A DNA stretch of 64,000 bases from Bacteroides sp. (GTDB lineage Bacteria > Bacteroidota > Bacteroidia > Bacteroidales > Bacteroidaceae), in NCBI GenBank assembly GCA_019414665.1, contig DXLO01000001.1, forward strand, positions 28,472 through 92,471, written 5' to 3'. Position numbers and translations under genes: made by a program. A model generated the notes under the pieces. That model made no database searches, was not told the DNA's origin, and saw only the letters and a program-made list of their open reading frames with translations. Numbering within the stretch: the first letter of the stretch is position 1; each line of letters opens with the position of its first letter. Shown in pieces: positions 40,824 through 51,158 of the stretch.

Positions 40824-40927
40824 AAGTGAACAAATTGGCAGCCAATTTTACTTTTGGCATACCCTCTTTTGATATTTCTAAAATTCTGTTTACCTTTGTT
40901 GTCAATCATCCGGATTGATTCAAACAA

Positions 40928-42976
40928 ATGCAAACTTTACTAAAACAAATGAAATATCTCCGTTCACTCATGCAGCAATCTGTAACAGCATGTAAGAATC
41001 AGGCTAAGCTTATCCAACAGTTTACTCTTTCTTTACTTTACTTATTAATCATACATATAGTTGCTTTACTTTTTTTCTTCCTGTTCCGGCTTGTCCTGTT
41101 CACCTCAATAGATTATCAGTTTCCTCCCGATATACAAAACAACTTTCTCATGCAAGCCACTGCATTTATAAAAGGGCTATGGTTTGACAATGTTATAGCT
41201 TGCTACATATTGCTGTTACCATTAGTCATTTTATGGATAACTGCTCTCTGCAACTATCACTCCAAGTGGGTATTCAGATTTATCTCTATCTTTTTCATTC
41301 TATTTTATTCACTGTCGTTCATTATTTCGGCAGCCAACATCCCTTATTTCTCCTATTTTTTTAAGACAATCAATTCTTCCATTTACAATTGGTTCGGATA
41401 TGGAGCCACTACTGCCGGAATGGTATTGGGTGAGACATCGTTCTATTTCCCTATTTTTCTAGGACTGATATCTATTCTTCTGCTGTCAGGAAGTGTACTA
41501 CGGTTATCTTCTTATTTCTATCATCTCATCAATTCGAAATCTACTTCCATCAGCCCGATAAACCGCCTATGTATATTCGCCGCCGGTGCTGTTTGTATAG
41601 GACTTTGTCTATTCGGAATACGGGGACGCATGGGATATAACCCCATCAGGGTAAGTCAAGCATACTATTGTACCGATCCATTCCTGAATCAGCTAGGGGT
41701 TAATCCTGTCTTTAATCTACTTACCAGCACACTGGATGATAACCGTAAGGAAAACCGCTATCTTCACCTGATGCCGGAACAGGAGGCAATAACCAATATG
41801 CAAAGTATATTGCAAAGAAAAGGAATAGAAGGCATCTCCCCCATTGCACGTGAAGTGAAATGCGCAGCCGTCCCTACACAAAAGAATGTTGTTCTTATTT
41901 TCATGGAATCGATGTCGGCCAACTTGATGGAGCATTTCGGATCTACCAAAAAACTGACTCCTTTCCTAGACAGCCTTTATCTGGAATCTCTCAGTTTTGA
42001 CCATTTTTATTCAGCGGGCATACATACCAACCACGGAATGTATGCCACCCTCTACTCTTTCCCTGCCATCATGAAAAGGAATGCCATGAAAGGAGCAGTG
42101 GTACCTGTCTATTCGGGATTGCCCACCGTATTAAAGGATAATGGCTATCGGAACCTGTTCTTCATGACGCACGAATCACAATACGATAATATGAACGCTT
42201 TTCTCCGCACTAACGGATTTGATGAAATATATGCACAAGAAAACTACCCAAAGGATAAAGTCGTTAACAGCTTTGGTGTACAAGACGATTTCCTATATCA
42301 ATATGCCTTGCCCATTCTGAACAAAAGAGCAGAAGAAAGACAACCTTTCTTTACCGTATTGCTTTCTATCAGCAACCATCCCTCGTATGTGATACCTGAC
42401 TATTTCAAACCACACAGCACAAAGCTTGAAGATCAGATTGTGGAATACGCGGACTGGGCCATCCGGCAATTCATGCAAGAAGCACGCAAACAACCTTGGT
42501 TTGAAAATACAATCTTTGTTTTGCTGGGTGACCATGGGAAATTGGTAGGAAGTCCGGACTGTGAAATACCACAATCCTACAACCATGTCCCACTAATGAT
42601 TTACGGAAAAGGCATCAAGCCCGAAATCAGACAAGAGCCGGGCGGCCAGACTGATGTGGCACCGACTTTACTCGGACTGCTGAACATGAGTTATACCCAA
42701 AACGACTTCGGCATAAATTTGTTAACAGAACAACGCCCGTATGTCTATTTCTCCGCCGATAATTTGATAGCGGCTACAGATACAACCCACCTATATATTT
42801 ATTCTCCACATGACCGGCAGGAATTCAAATATAAGAAGCAAGGAAATGCCTTGCAACTTGTAACAGGGGAGGACAGTACATTCTACGTGATGAAAAAATA
42901 CTGTTTCTCCACATTGCAGAGTGCGGAGTATCTGGTAAAAGAGCACAAGACTGTCAATAAAGCTACCGGACAATAA
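40928..42976 (+). CDS. LTA-synthase/sulfatase-fold membrane phosphotransferase (PEtN or phosphoglycerol)
   Basis: Multiple TMs, IFMES, SAGIHTNHG (catalytic Thr position), SNHP, GDHG; TACCTTTG promoter at 40891. Confidence 0.85.
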   Translation: MQTLLKQMKYLRSLMQQSVTACKNQAKLIQQFTLSLLYLLIIHIVALLFFFLFRLVLFTSIDYQFPPDIQNNFLMQATAFIKGLWFDNVIACYILLLPLVILWITALCNYHSKWVFRFISIFFILFYSLSFIISAANIPYFSYFFKTINSSIYNWFGYGATTAGMVLGETSFYFPIFLGLISILLLSGSVLRLSSYFYHLINSKSTSISPINRLCIFAAGAVCIGLCLFGIRGRMGYNPIRVSQAYYCTDPFLNQLGVNPVFNLLTSTLDDNRKENRYLHLMPEQEAITNMQSILQRKGIEGISPIAREVKCAAVPTQKNVVLIFMESMSANLMEHFGSTKKLTPFLDSLYLESLSFDHFYSAGIHTNHGMYATLYSFPAIMKRNAMKGAVVPVYSGLPTVLKDNGYRNLFFMTHESQYDNMNAFLRTNGFDEIYAQENYPKDKVVNSFGVQDDFLYQYALPILNKRAEERQPFFTVLLSISNHPSYVIPDYFKPHSTKLEDQIVEYADWAIRQFMQEARKQPWFENTIFVLLGDHGKLVGSPDCEIPQSYNHVPLMIYGKGIKPEIRQEPGGQTDVAPTLLGLLNMSYTQNDFGINLLTEQRPYVYFSADNLIAATDTTHLYIYSPHDRQEFKYKKQGNALQLVTGEDSTFYVMKKYCFSTLQSAEYLVKEHKTVNKATGQ

Positions 42977-43006
42977 GGTGGGACGGGTTTCACCGCCTTG
43001 CCTTCC

Positions 43007-43972
43007 TTAACGGTCATACCCCAACTTCTCCTCGTTATAATCAGAGGCTATGTAGGTAGGACGGCCTTTGGTCTCCTTGAAAATGCGCCCCACGTACTCT
43101 CCTATAATTCCCAAAGAGAAAAGCTGGATGCCACCTAAAAAGAGCATGACAATGATCAAAGTGGGGAAGCCGGCCGTTTCATCACCATAAAGCACGGTCT
43201 TTATCAGAAAATAAATGGCATAAATAAAACTGGAGATTGAACAGAGCACTCCGCATACCGTGGCGATGCGCAAAGGGGCGATAGAGAAAGAGGTTATCCC
43301 TTCGACAGCCAGATTCAACAGCTTGAGAAAGTTCCAGGAGGAATGGCCCATCAGCCTGTCTCCGCGATCAAATTCAATGCTTTTCTTCTGATAGCCTATC
43401 CAGCAAAACAATCCTTTTGTATAACGCTCGCATTCGCGCAGACGACGCAACGTGAGCACACAACGACGGTCCAGAAGTCTGAAATCGCCCACATTGGGCA
43501 AAATATCAATACGGCTCATCCGCTGAAGTATACCATAAAAAGCCAGAGAGAACTGACGACGCAACCAGCTTTCCTCGCCACGGGTACGCCGTTTGGCATA
43601 AATGTCATCATATCCTTCTTCCCAATATTCCAGCATCTGGTCTACCAGTTCCGGAGGGTCCTGCAAATCAGCATCCATCACAACGCAGCAATCGCCGGTG
43701 GCGTAATCAAAACCCGCCAGCATGGCTACCTCTTTACCAAAGTTACGCGAAAGGTTGACATAATTCACCCGCTTGTCCTGCTGCCTCAGCCGGCGGAGGC
43801 ATTCCAGCGTAGTGTCGCTGCTGCCATCATTGACAAACAGGATTTCCCACTCATAAACGGCATTGCGGTTGACAAGCTCTATCAAACGTTGATACAGAGT
43901 GGGCAGCATCGCTTCCTCATTATATACCGGAATCAAAAGAGTCACTTTCTTCATATCATTCTTCACTATCAT
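43007..43972 (-). CDS. Polyprenol-phosphate glycosyltransferase (GtrB/ArnC-like GT2)
   Basis: LSRNFGKE, MDADLQDPP, GDFRLLDR, two C-terminal TMs, GEYVGRIF. Confidence 0.92.
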   Translation of the reverse strand: MIVKNDMKKVTLLIPVYNEEAMLPTLYQRLIELVNRNAVYEWEILFVNDGSSDTTLECLRRLRQQDKRVNYVNLSRNFGKEVAMLAGFDYATGDCCVVMDADLQDPPELVDQMLEYWEEGYDDIYAKRRTRGEESWLRRQFSLAFYGILQRMSRIDILPNVGDFRLLDRRCVLTLRRLRECERYTKGLFCWIGYQKKSIEFDRGDRLMGHSSWNFLKLLNLAVEGITSFSIAPLRIATVCGVLCSISSFIYAIYFLIKTVLYGDETAGFPTLIIVMLFLGGIQLFSLGIIGEYVGRIFKETKGRPTYIASDYNEEKLGYDR

Positions 43973-43990
43973 AAAGACTCCTCAAAGATA

Positions 43991-44371
43991 TTACTTTTGT
44001 TTGAAAACAAACCTCACTAATAAAAAATTTACCGGAATGGCAATGAGAAACACTGGGATGGGAGCCAACGGACGGGAAAAACCCAACCGCAGAAAGAGAT
44101 TCAACAATCCGATATGTATCAGATAATTTGTCAGATGTGCCCCCCCGAAGCCAAAAGCTTTCTTCCAGGAAGGAGGCTGCCCGAAAGTAAAATAAGCCGT
44201 AAGATAAAAGTTGGCAACAAAACTCAGCACATATCCCAAGGTATAGGCTACATTGACCTGAATGAATTTTTGCAAGACAAAATAAATGCCATAGTGCAGC
44301 CCTGTAGCAAAAAGGCCTACCATTACAAATCGCAGGAACTCGGGTATCTGTTTCAGTTTATTCATTTTCAT
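43991..44371 (-). CDS. GtrA family flippase
   Basis: Small 4-TM protein, FLRFVMVG...NFLLVRFVF; start moved downstream of the promoter at 44384-44391. Confidence 0.88.
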   Translation of the reverse strand: MKMNKLKQIPEFLRFVMVGLFATGLHYGIYFVLQKFIQVNVAYTLGYVLSFVANFYLTAYFTFGQPPSWKKAFGFGGAHLTNYLIHIGLLNLFLRLGFSRPLAPIPVFLIAIPVNFLLVRFVFKQK

Positions 44372-44383
44372 TGATTTAAAATG

Positions 44384-44421
44384 CAAAGTTAGGTATTACT
44401 AAAGAATTATTCGTACTTTTG
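44384..44421. promoter_or_regulatory. Closely spaced divergent sigma-A promoters (gtrA / arnT-like)
   Basis: TAACTTTG on minus (44384-44391); TACTTTTG on plus (44414-44421). Confidence 0.65.
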
Positions 44422-44451
44422 CGACAGTAAATATAAAAGACCGAAAAATAT

Positions 44452-46176
44452 ATGTCAGACAAGAAAAAAGCATTTTGGTTCATAGCCTTACTAAGCACAC
44501 TTGTAATAATCCCCTTTTTGGGAGAAACTATTTTTTACTCTAAAGGGGAACCGCGCGAAGCAATTGTGGCATACTCGATGTTGGAAAGCGGCAACTGGAT
44601 ATTGCCTTTGAACTACGGAACAGACATCGCCTATAAACCTCCTTTCCTGTATTGGTCTATTGCAGCTATTTCCGCCATTTTCGGAGGGGTGAGCGAATTC
44701 TCGTCCCGTCTGCCGTCCGCTATCGCTTTTCTAGCTATGCAGTTCGTGTTTTTCGGATTCGTAGCCCGCTATAAGGATACAAAGACAGCAGTCATTACCT
44801 CCCTTTTACTGCTCACTTCATTCGAAGTGCACCGGGCGGCGGTGGCTTGCAGGCTGGATATGCTACAGGTTTCCTTCATCGTCATCTCACTTTGCTTACT
44901 ATTTCGCTGGGACGAAAAAGGCTGCAAGGGAATACCTTGGACGGCTGTCGTGCTGATGGCATGCGGCACGCTGACCAAAGGACCTGTGGGTTCTATATTC
45001 CCCTGTATGTGTATCGGTATTTACCAGCTGATACGGGGACGCTCATTCGGCAAGACTTTCCTTTCCTTATTCGGAATCGGGCTGCTTTCCCTTATTCCAT
45101 TGGGAATCTGGTTTTATGCGGCCTGGCTACAGGGAGGACAGCCGTTTATGGACCTGATGCTGGAGGAAAACACCGGACGCTTTGTCGGCAAAATGTCATA
45201 CCCGTCGCATCACAACCCTTTATGGTATAACTTCCTGACCATTATATGGGGGTGGACACCTTGGACATTGGTCTTGCTTATCTCACTATTCGGACTGAAA
45301 TGGAATGAAATGCACCTGCTGCCCGCAGGAAACTCTTTCACCGGACGCATCAGGAAGGTTTGGGATAACATCCGCTCACAATCCCCCATACAGCTGTTTA
45401 TCTGGATAGTGATTATCGCTATTTTTGTCTTCTATTGTATTCCTAAAAGCAAACGCAGCGTCTATTTGTTGCCTATCTATCCATTTATGGCTGTACTGAT
45501 TGCCCAGTATCTGGAGGCGTTAATGCAAAAAGGGGCGAAAGTGTTCAAAATATCGGCTTATATCTTCGCCTCGCTCTGTTTGTTACTCACCGTGGTGTTT
45601 TTTGCTGTACGCTGTCAGATGATACCGGACAGCATATGGGGCAACGGACGTCATGCTGCCGAAAACATAGCGTTTATGCAAGCTTTGGAAAGCACGTCCT
45701 TTTCTATTTCCAAATGGCTGATTATAGTATTGCCGGTAGTGGCTGCCATCTGTACATTAAGGCTGGTTATCAAAAAAAGTAGTACGGGGTCACTCCTCTA
45801 TGGAATCACCGGTTGTGTTCTTTGCCTGTTTGTCGCTTTAGACGGGGTATATCAGCCAACAATACTAGCTGTAAAATCCGATAAGCATCTGGCAGAGGAT
45901 ATCAGAAAACAGGTGCCTGAAGGAGTCGTTTATTCATATACAGACAGAATGATACGGTTTTATTGTACAAATTATTATATGAATAACCAAATGCGGAATT
46001 TCACACTGGAAAATCCGCAAGAAGGGTATGTCATACTTTCTGCAAATGCACAAGAGGAGTTTTTAAAGAATTACAATGCAAAGTATCAGCTGGAAGAGGT
46101 CTTCCATACAGATTACAGAAGTTGCGACTTACGCAATACGGTAATCATGTACAAGTTCAACGAGAAACGGAAATAG
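44452..46176 (+). CDS. ArnT/PMT_2-family GT-C membrane glycosyltransferase
   Basis: GEPREA, YKPPFLYW, RLPSA, LTKGP, SKRSVYLLPIYP; many TMs. Confidence 0.88.
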   Translation: MSDKKKAFWFIALLSTLVIIPFLGETIFYSKGEPREAIVAYSMLESGNWILPLNYGTDIAYKPPFLYWSIAAISAIFGGVSEFSSRLPSAIAFLAMQFVFFGFVARYKDTKTAVITSLLLLTSFEVHRAAVACRLDMLQVSFIVISLCLLFRWDEKGCKGIPWTAVVLMACGTLTKGPVGSIFPCMCIGIYQLIRGRSFGKTFLSLFGIGLLSLIPLGIWFYAAWLQGGQPFMDLMLEENTGRFVGKMSYPSHHNPLWYNFLTIIWGWTPWTLVLLISLFGLKWNEMHLLPAGNSFTGRIRKVWDNIRSQSPIQLFIWIVIIAIFVFYCIPKSKRSVYLLPIYPFMAVLIAQYLEALMQKGAKVFKISAYIFASLCLLLTVVFFAVRCQMIPDSIWGNGRHAAENIAFMQALESTSFSISKWLIIVLPVVAAICTLRLVIKKSSTGSLLYGITGCVLCLFVALDGVYQPTILAVKSDKHLAEDIRKQVPEGVVYSYTDRMIRFYCTNYYMNNQMRNFTLENPQEGYVILSANAQEEFLKNYNAKYQLEEVFHTDYRSCDLRNTVIMYKFNEKRK

Positions 46177-46204
46177 TTATATCCGGCAGATTCTGCACCG
46201 ATTG

Positions 46205-46251
46205 GGACGCGGACTATATGAATTCCATACTGATTCATATAGTCCGCGTCC
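46205..46251. terminator. 19-bp perfect stem between convergent genes
   Basis: GGACGCGGACTATATGAAT-N9-ATTCATATAGTCCGCGTCC. Confidence 0.8.
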
Positions 46252-46259
46252 AAGTTTTA

Positions 46260-48086
46260 CTATCTGTTCCCTAAATCATCATAAACGGTTTGCAATATCG
46301 CCTTACCCTTATCCAGACGGGATTCGTCAGCTTCAGGCTCATCAAAAAGAATACTGCCGGAATTATTATCAAACACCGTCACCCCTGTACTGTCTCTGAA
46401 TGAGAACCCATTATTGAAACTATAAAAGGCAAAAGGATACTTATAATCACTTCCCAATACATTACGGCTAAACGTAAATGCAGTATGTTCCAGCCCAAGC
46501 TGCCCCAACAAAGTGGCTGCCAAATCGGTCTGATTCATAATCTTGTCCACCTGCATAGGCTGTTTTACCGCTCCACCTAACCATAACAAGGGAATATGAT
46601 AAAAACGAGGCATCGCATTAGACCCCTCACGCGGGTAATAGAAACCATGATCGGGAAGGCAGATAACTAAAAGATCTTTCCATGCGGGAGTCTGCTTCAA
46701 CCGGTCAATAAACTTACCCAGACATTCATCTGTATAAGCAAAGGCATTGGGAATTTTATCTTCCAGCCGGTGATAAGGAACTTCGAAAGGTTCATGACTG
46801 CTAAGTGTCAGAAACGCAGTATGCCAAGGCCCTTCTTCCTTCCGGTTTCTTAACTGATTATATAAATATTCAAAAGTAATATCATCATTCACTCCCCAGG
46901 CATTACTGGTCTGTTCGGCCAATGAAAAATCTGTATTGGCTGTAAGACGCTGATAACCGGTACTCAGCAGATAACTCTTCATATTGGTAAAGTTGATATC
47001 ACCTCCATACAGGAAATCTGTTTTATAACCCGCCTTGGACAATCCTTCAGCTATAGCAGGCAGCGTACGGCTCTTGGCAGGAATTTTCATTACCGATGCC
47101 GTAGGCAATCCAAGGTAACCGCTGAAAGTACAGACTGTTCCACGGTCGGTACGGAAACTATTGGCATAACAGTTTGTAAAAAAGATCCCTTCCTTTGACA
47201 GACGGTTAAAGTGGGGTGTCACATCAGGAAGACCGCCTAAAGGTTCTACAAAAGCACCTCCAAAACCTTCCATCAAAATAATAAGAATATTGGGACGCTT
47301 GGTATTCAGGACTTGAATAATACTATCCCCATCTGTTGTAGGATAAAGTCCGTCAAACAATGCAGCCCGCTTCTCTTCATCAAAGAAATTGAACTCTGAT
47401 GCAAAATCCTGGGATTTACCCATAGAAGACAACAAACTGAAATCGGGATTGACCGCCGAATGATTCAAGAAAGGTTCGTTGCTGAAATATACTTGCCCTA
47501 TATTAGAAGTGGATTCCGTTACACCACCACGTATAATGATGAAAAGCACACCTCCTAATAACAGCATTCCCGCAGTTCCCGCTATCCGTTTCCGGGTGGC
47601 GGTCAAAACGGAAGGCGTGATTTTCAGCAAGACCCAACTATTCAGGGCTATGAGTAACAAGATGGCAAGAACCCTCAGCAAGATAAATCCGACGGAAACA
47701 CTCGCCAAAGCTTCCTTCGGTGAATCGATATAAAGAAAAACAGATGCGTCCAGTTTAAATCCCCAGAATGTGTATAATGCCATATCTACCACAAAAATGA
47801 TAGAAATAAGCGCGGCAGCCAAAATATAATACCCGTAAAGTATTTTTTTCAAAGGGAATTTCCTAAACCAAATACTTATCAGTACCAACAAGAATGGAAA
47901 TGCAGTAAGATATCCCGCCGTAGCAGCATCAAGACTGGCGCCATGAACCATTACCTGCATATAATCGGCAAACCCGAATCCTTTTTCAATGGAACCATTA
48001 TAGAGCATGAATAATGGTTTCTGTAGAATAAATATCAGTAAGACCGTAAAAAAGTACAAGCTGATATAAGCAATCCTCTTTTTCAT
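46260..48086 (-). CDS. Second LTA-synthase-family phosphotransferase
   Basis: N-terminal TMs, ILMEGF, ANSFRTDRG, TLSSHEPF, LPDHG. Confidence 0.87.
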   Translation of the reverse strand: MKKRIAYISLYFFTVLLIFILQKPLFMLYNGSIEKGFGFADYMQVMVHGASLDAATAGYLTAFPFLLVLISIWFRKFPLKKILYGYYILAAALISIIFVVDMALYTFWGFKLDASVFLYIDSPKEALASVSVGFILLRVLAILLLIALNSWVLLKITPSVLTATRKRIAGTAGMLLLGGVLFIIIRGGVTESTSNIGQVYFSNEPFLNHSAVNPDFSLLSSMGKSQDFASEFNFFDEEKRAALFDGLYPTTDGDSIIQVLNTKRPNILIILMEGFGGAFVEPLGGLPDVTPHFNRLSKEGIFFTNCYANSFRTDRGTVCTFSGYLGLPTASVMKIPAKSRTLPAIAEGLSKAGYKTDFLYGGDINFTNMKSYLLSTGYQRLTANTDFSLAEQTSNAWGVNDDITFEYLYNQLRNRKEEGPWHTAFLTLSSHEPFEVPYHRLEDKIPNAFAYTDECLGKFIDRLKQTPAWKDLLVICLPDHGFYYPREGSNAMPRFYHIPLLWLGGAVKQPMQVDKIMNQTDLAATLLGQLGLEHTAFTFSRNVLGSDYKYPFAFYSFNNGFSFRDSTGVTVFDNNSGSILFDEPEADESRLDKGKAILQTVYDDLGNR

Positions 48087-48101
48087 ATCTTCAGTTCTTT
48101 A

Positions 48102-48728
48102 TTATTTCCGTCCGAAATCAGCCGGGACCTCTCCCCATCGGTCGGTTTCCCACTTCAATAAAGGTGTGGTATATTTATTTTCTTTCAGCCAAATTTCGGC
48201 CCGTTCTATCATTTGAAAAAGTTTCTCCGTCTGAGGAGTCCGCTCTAGTTTAGTTTTACATTTCTTCTGTTTCACCCAGCTCAACGCATTACGGCTGTCC
48301 GAGTAAACAGGCATACTGATATTCTTCTGCTTCATCAATGCCAAGGCATGGACAATGGCAAGAAACTCTCCAATATTATTCGTTCCATAAACAGGACCGA
48401 AATGAAAAACCTCCTGTCCCGTAAGCAAATAAACGCCCCGATATTCCATCGGTCCGGGATTTCCACTGCAAGCGGCATCCACAGCCAGGCAGTTCATATC
48501 AAAGTTCTCGGGAAGTTGTTTAGGAGTATCTTCTTTTTTAACAGCATTCTTGCCTATATAATGAAAAGCGGAAGAAGCCAAGGCGTGTTCCGCCTCCTCT
48601 TTGGTCTCGAATGACTTGTATTGTGCGCCATCATAACCTTTTATCTGTAGCTGGCAGTCAGTCCAGGAGTCATAAACTCCCGGATTGACACCTTTCCATA
48701 CTACATAATATTTCTGTTTCTTTGCCAT
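48102..48728 (-). CDS. rnhA: Ribonuclease HI with N-terminal hybrid-binding (Cauli_VI-like) domain
   Basis: KYYVVWKG..PGVY..W, VDAACSGNPG, TNNIGEFLA, YSDS, WGEVPADFGRK. Confidence 0.9.
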   Translation of the reverse strand: MAKKQKYYVVWKGVNPGVYDSWTDCQLQIKGYDGAQYKSFETKEEAEHALASSAFHYIGKNAVKKEDTPKQLPENFDMNCLAVDAACSGNPGPMEYRGVYLLTGQEVFHFGPVYGTNNIGEFLAIVHALALMKQKNISMPVYSDSRNALSWVKQKKCKTKLERTPQTEKLFQMIERAEIWLKENKYTTPLLKWETDRWGEVPADFGRK

Positions 48729-50549
48729 TTACATACGTTCAGGCACTTCAATACCCAGCAAGCCCATTGCTGTCTTCACAATCTTGCCCACATTGGCACT
48801 CAATGCCAGACGGAAGACTTTCAACGCTTCGTTTTCTTCACGCAGAATACTGAAATCATGATAGAACTGGTTGTATTCTTTCACCAAATCGTATGCATAG
48901 TTTGCTATAATGGAAGGATTATAGTCTGAGCCTGCCTGCTTGACAACCGATTTAAAATCAGCCAGCATCTGAATCAAACCTTCTTCTTTTGCGCTCAGTT
49001 CCAAACCCGCTGGAATGATTTCGGGAATAACGATACCTGCTTCAGCCGCTTTGCGTAATACAGACTGGATACGGGCATACGTATACTGAATGAAAGGTCC
49101 TGTATTGCCATTGAAATCTATCGATTCTTTCGGGTTGAAAGTCATATTCTTACGTGCGTCCACCTTCAGGATAAAATATTTCAAAGCACCCAAACCAACA
49201 ATACGGGCAATATTGTCGGCTTCTTCTTGGGTCAGACCGTCCAATTTACCTAATTCAGCAGAAGTTTCCTTAGCAGTTTCAATCATTGCTTCCATCAAAT
49301 CATCCGCATCCACTACTGTACCTTCACGACTTTTCATTTTGCCCTCGGGCAGCTCTACCATACCGTATGAGAAATGAACCAATCCTTTGCCCCATTCAAA
49401 ACCCAATTTGTCGAGCAAGATAGAAAGTACCTGGAAATGATAGTTTTGTTCATTACCCACTACATAAATCATCTTGTTGATGGGGTAATCCTGAAAACGT
49501 AATTTGGCAGTACCGATATCCTGGGTCATATAAACAGAAGTACCGTCACCGCGAAGAAGCAACTTATGGTCCAGTCCTTCGGCAGTCAAATCAGCCCATA
49601 CAGAGTTATCCTCTTTCCGGTAGAAGAAACCTTTTTCCAGTCCTTCCATCACTTTCTCCTTACCTTCCAGATAGGTATTCGATTCATAATAAATTTTATC
49701 GAAACTAACTCCCATCATCTTATACGTTTCATCGAATCCGGCATATACCCAGTCATTCATCTTCTTCCACAAGGCACGGATCTCAGGGTCATTCGCCTCC
49801 CACTTACGGAGCATCTCGCGAGCTTCCAGCATCAGAGGAGAGTTTGCCTCTGCCTTAGCCTTAGCTTCTTCTTCATTCAAGCCTTCAGCCTGGTACTGAG
49901 CTGTCAGTTCCTTTACCTCAGCCTTGTAATGCTTGTCAAAAGCTACATAATAGTCACCAATCAAATGGTCCCCCTTCTTACCCGATGATTCAGGTGTTTC
50001 ACCGTTACCATATTTCAACCAGGCCAGCATGGACTTACAGATATGGATACCACGGTCATTCACAATATTGGTCTTGACCACCTTATTGCCATTTGCCGTC
50101 ATGACATTTGCCAAGGCATTTCCCAACAGGTTGTTACGGACGTGACCCAGATGAAGCGGCTTGTTTGTATTGGGAGAAGAATACTCAATCATCACCAACG
50201 GAGAGTTTTCCGTAGCCTTTTCAATACCGTATTCGGGAGCAGCCTGAATAGAATTCAAAAGTTCAATCCAACAATCCGAAGCAATTGTCAAATTAAGAAA
50301 GCCCTTCACTGCATTGTAGGCTGAAACCAATTCGGGAGCATGCTCTTTCAGGTATCCGCCTATTTCCTGTGCGGTCTGTTCAGGCCCCTTCTTAGACATT
50401 TTCAGAAAAGGGAAAACAACCAAAGTAAGATGTCCTTCAAACTCTTTCTTAGTCTTTTGCAGTTGTACCATTTTTCCGGGTACATCCTGTCCGTACAACG
50501 TTTTGATAGCGCTGATAATGGACGTGGTGAGTTTTTCTTCTATATTCAT
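48729..50549 (-). CDS. argS: Arginine--tRNA ligase
   Basis: EYSSPNTNKPLHLGH (HIGH), KMKSREG, GPFIQYTYARI, PERM; TATCTTTG promoter at 50583-50590. Confidence 0.97.
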   Translation of the reverse strand: MNIEEKLTTSIISAIKTLYGQDVPGKMVQLQKTKKEFEGHLTLVVFPFLKMSKKGPEQTAQEIGGYLKEHAPELVSAYNAVKGFLNLTIASDCWIELLNSIQAAPEYGIEKATENSPLVMIEYSSPNTNKPLHLGHVRNNLLGNALANVMTANGNKVVKTNIVNDRGIHICKSMLAWLKYGNGETPESSGKKGDHLIGDYYVAFDKHYKAEVKELTAQYQAEGLNEEEAKAKAEANSPLMLEAREMLRKWEANDPEIRALWKKMNDWVYAGFDETYKMMGVSFDKIYYESNTYLEGKEKVMEGLEKGFFYRKEDNSVWADLTAEGLDHKLLLRGDGTSVYMTQDIGTAKLRFQDYPINKMIYVVGNEQNYHFQVLSILLDKLGFEWGKGLVHFSYGMVELPEGKMKSREGTVVDADDLMEAMIETAKETSAELGKLDGLTQEEADNIARIVGLGALKYFILKVDARKNMTFNPKESIDFNGNTGPFIQYTYARIQSVLRKAAEAGIVIPEIIPAGLELSAKEEGLIQMLADFKSVVKQAGSDYNPSIIANYAYDLVKEYNQFYHDFSILREENEALKVFRLALSANVGKIVKTAMGLLGIEVPERM

Positions 50550-50955
50550 AATATGTACGTACACTTATTTGTTATTGGATTGCAAAGATAGACATTTTAG
50601 GCGAAATCCTTCCTATCTTACCTTAATTTACTATATCTCCTCTCTGCAAACGATACTTTTCCGACTGAAAAACGAATAGCCCACAAACGAATAAACATAC
50701 AACAAGCAATAAAATATGTCTAAAAAATATTTTTATTCATTTTGATATTCAAGTAGATTTACTGTTGAAATCAAATTAAACAAATCAACACACAGGAATG
50801 CGATAAACAAATAGATTTGATCTATCCGCCCAATATTTAAATAAGACAATTCCTATTTTAACTACGTTAATAAAATTCCGTATAGTTTTGACTTTCAACA
50901 GGTTCACCATGAAAAAAAATATTAAAATATATTATCCTATTTAAATCAAAATACA

Positions 50956-50963
50956 TATATTTG
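50956..50963 (+). promoter_or_regulatory. sigma-A -7 element giving a ~190-nt leader to susC
   Basis: TATATTTG. Confidence 0.55.
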
Positions 50964-51158
50964 CGATTGTTATTGAATATCACAATTATAAAATACACAA
51001 GCAAAAAGAGACCCTAATGAGGTTTGGATGGCCATAAAACCACTATTAGGAAATATGATAATGATAAAAAAGGTAGCATCACAATTTTAGAAAGAGAGTT
51101 CAATATATAATGCCTGAAAAATGGCAATGTACAAACCCCTAATAAAAGCCAAGTTTAT

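Noticed and set aside
43343..44020. 225-aa plus-strand ORF
   Set aside because: Antisense shadow of gtrB with no recognisable motifs.
48560..48728. Viral gene fragment (viroplasmin-like domain)
   Set aside because: It is the ordinary hybrid-binding domain of this RNase HI type.
50964..51158. TPP or cobalamin riboswitch
   Set aside because: I could not find the conserved cores (CTGAGA for TPP; GGGAA...GCCACTG for cobalamin).
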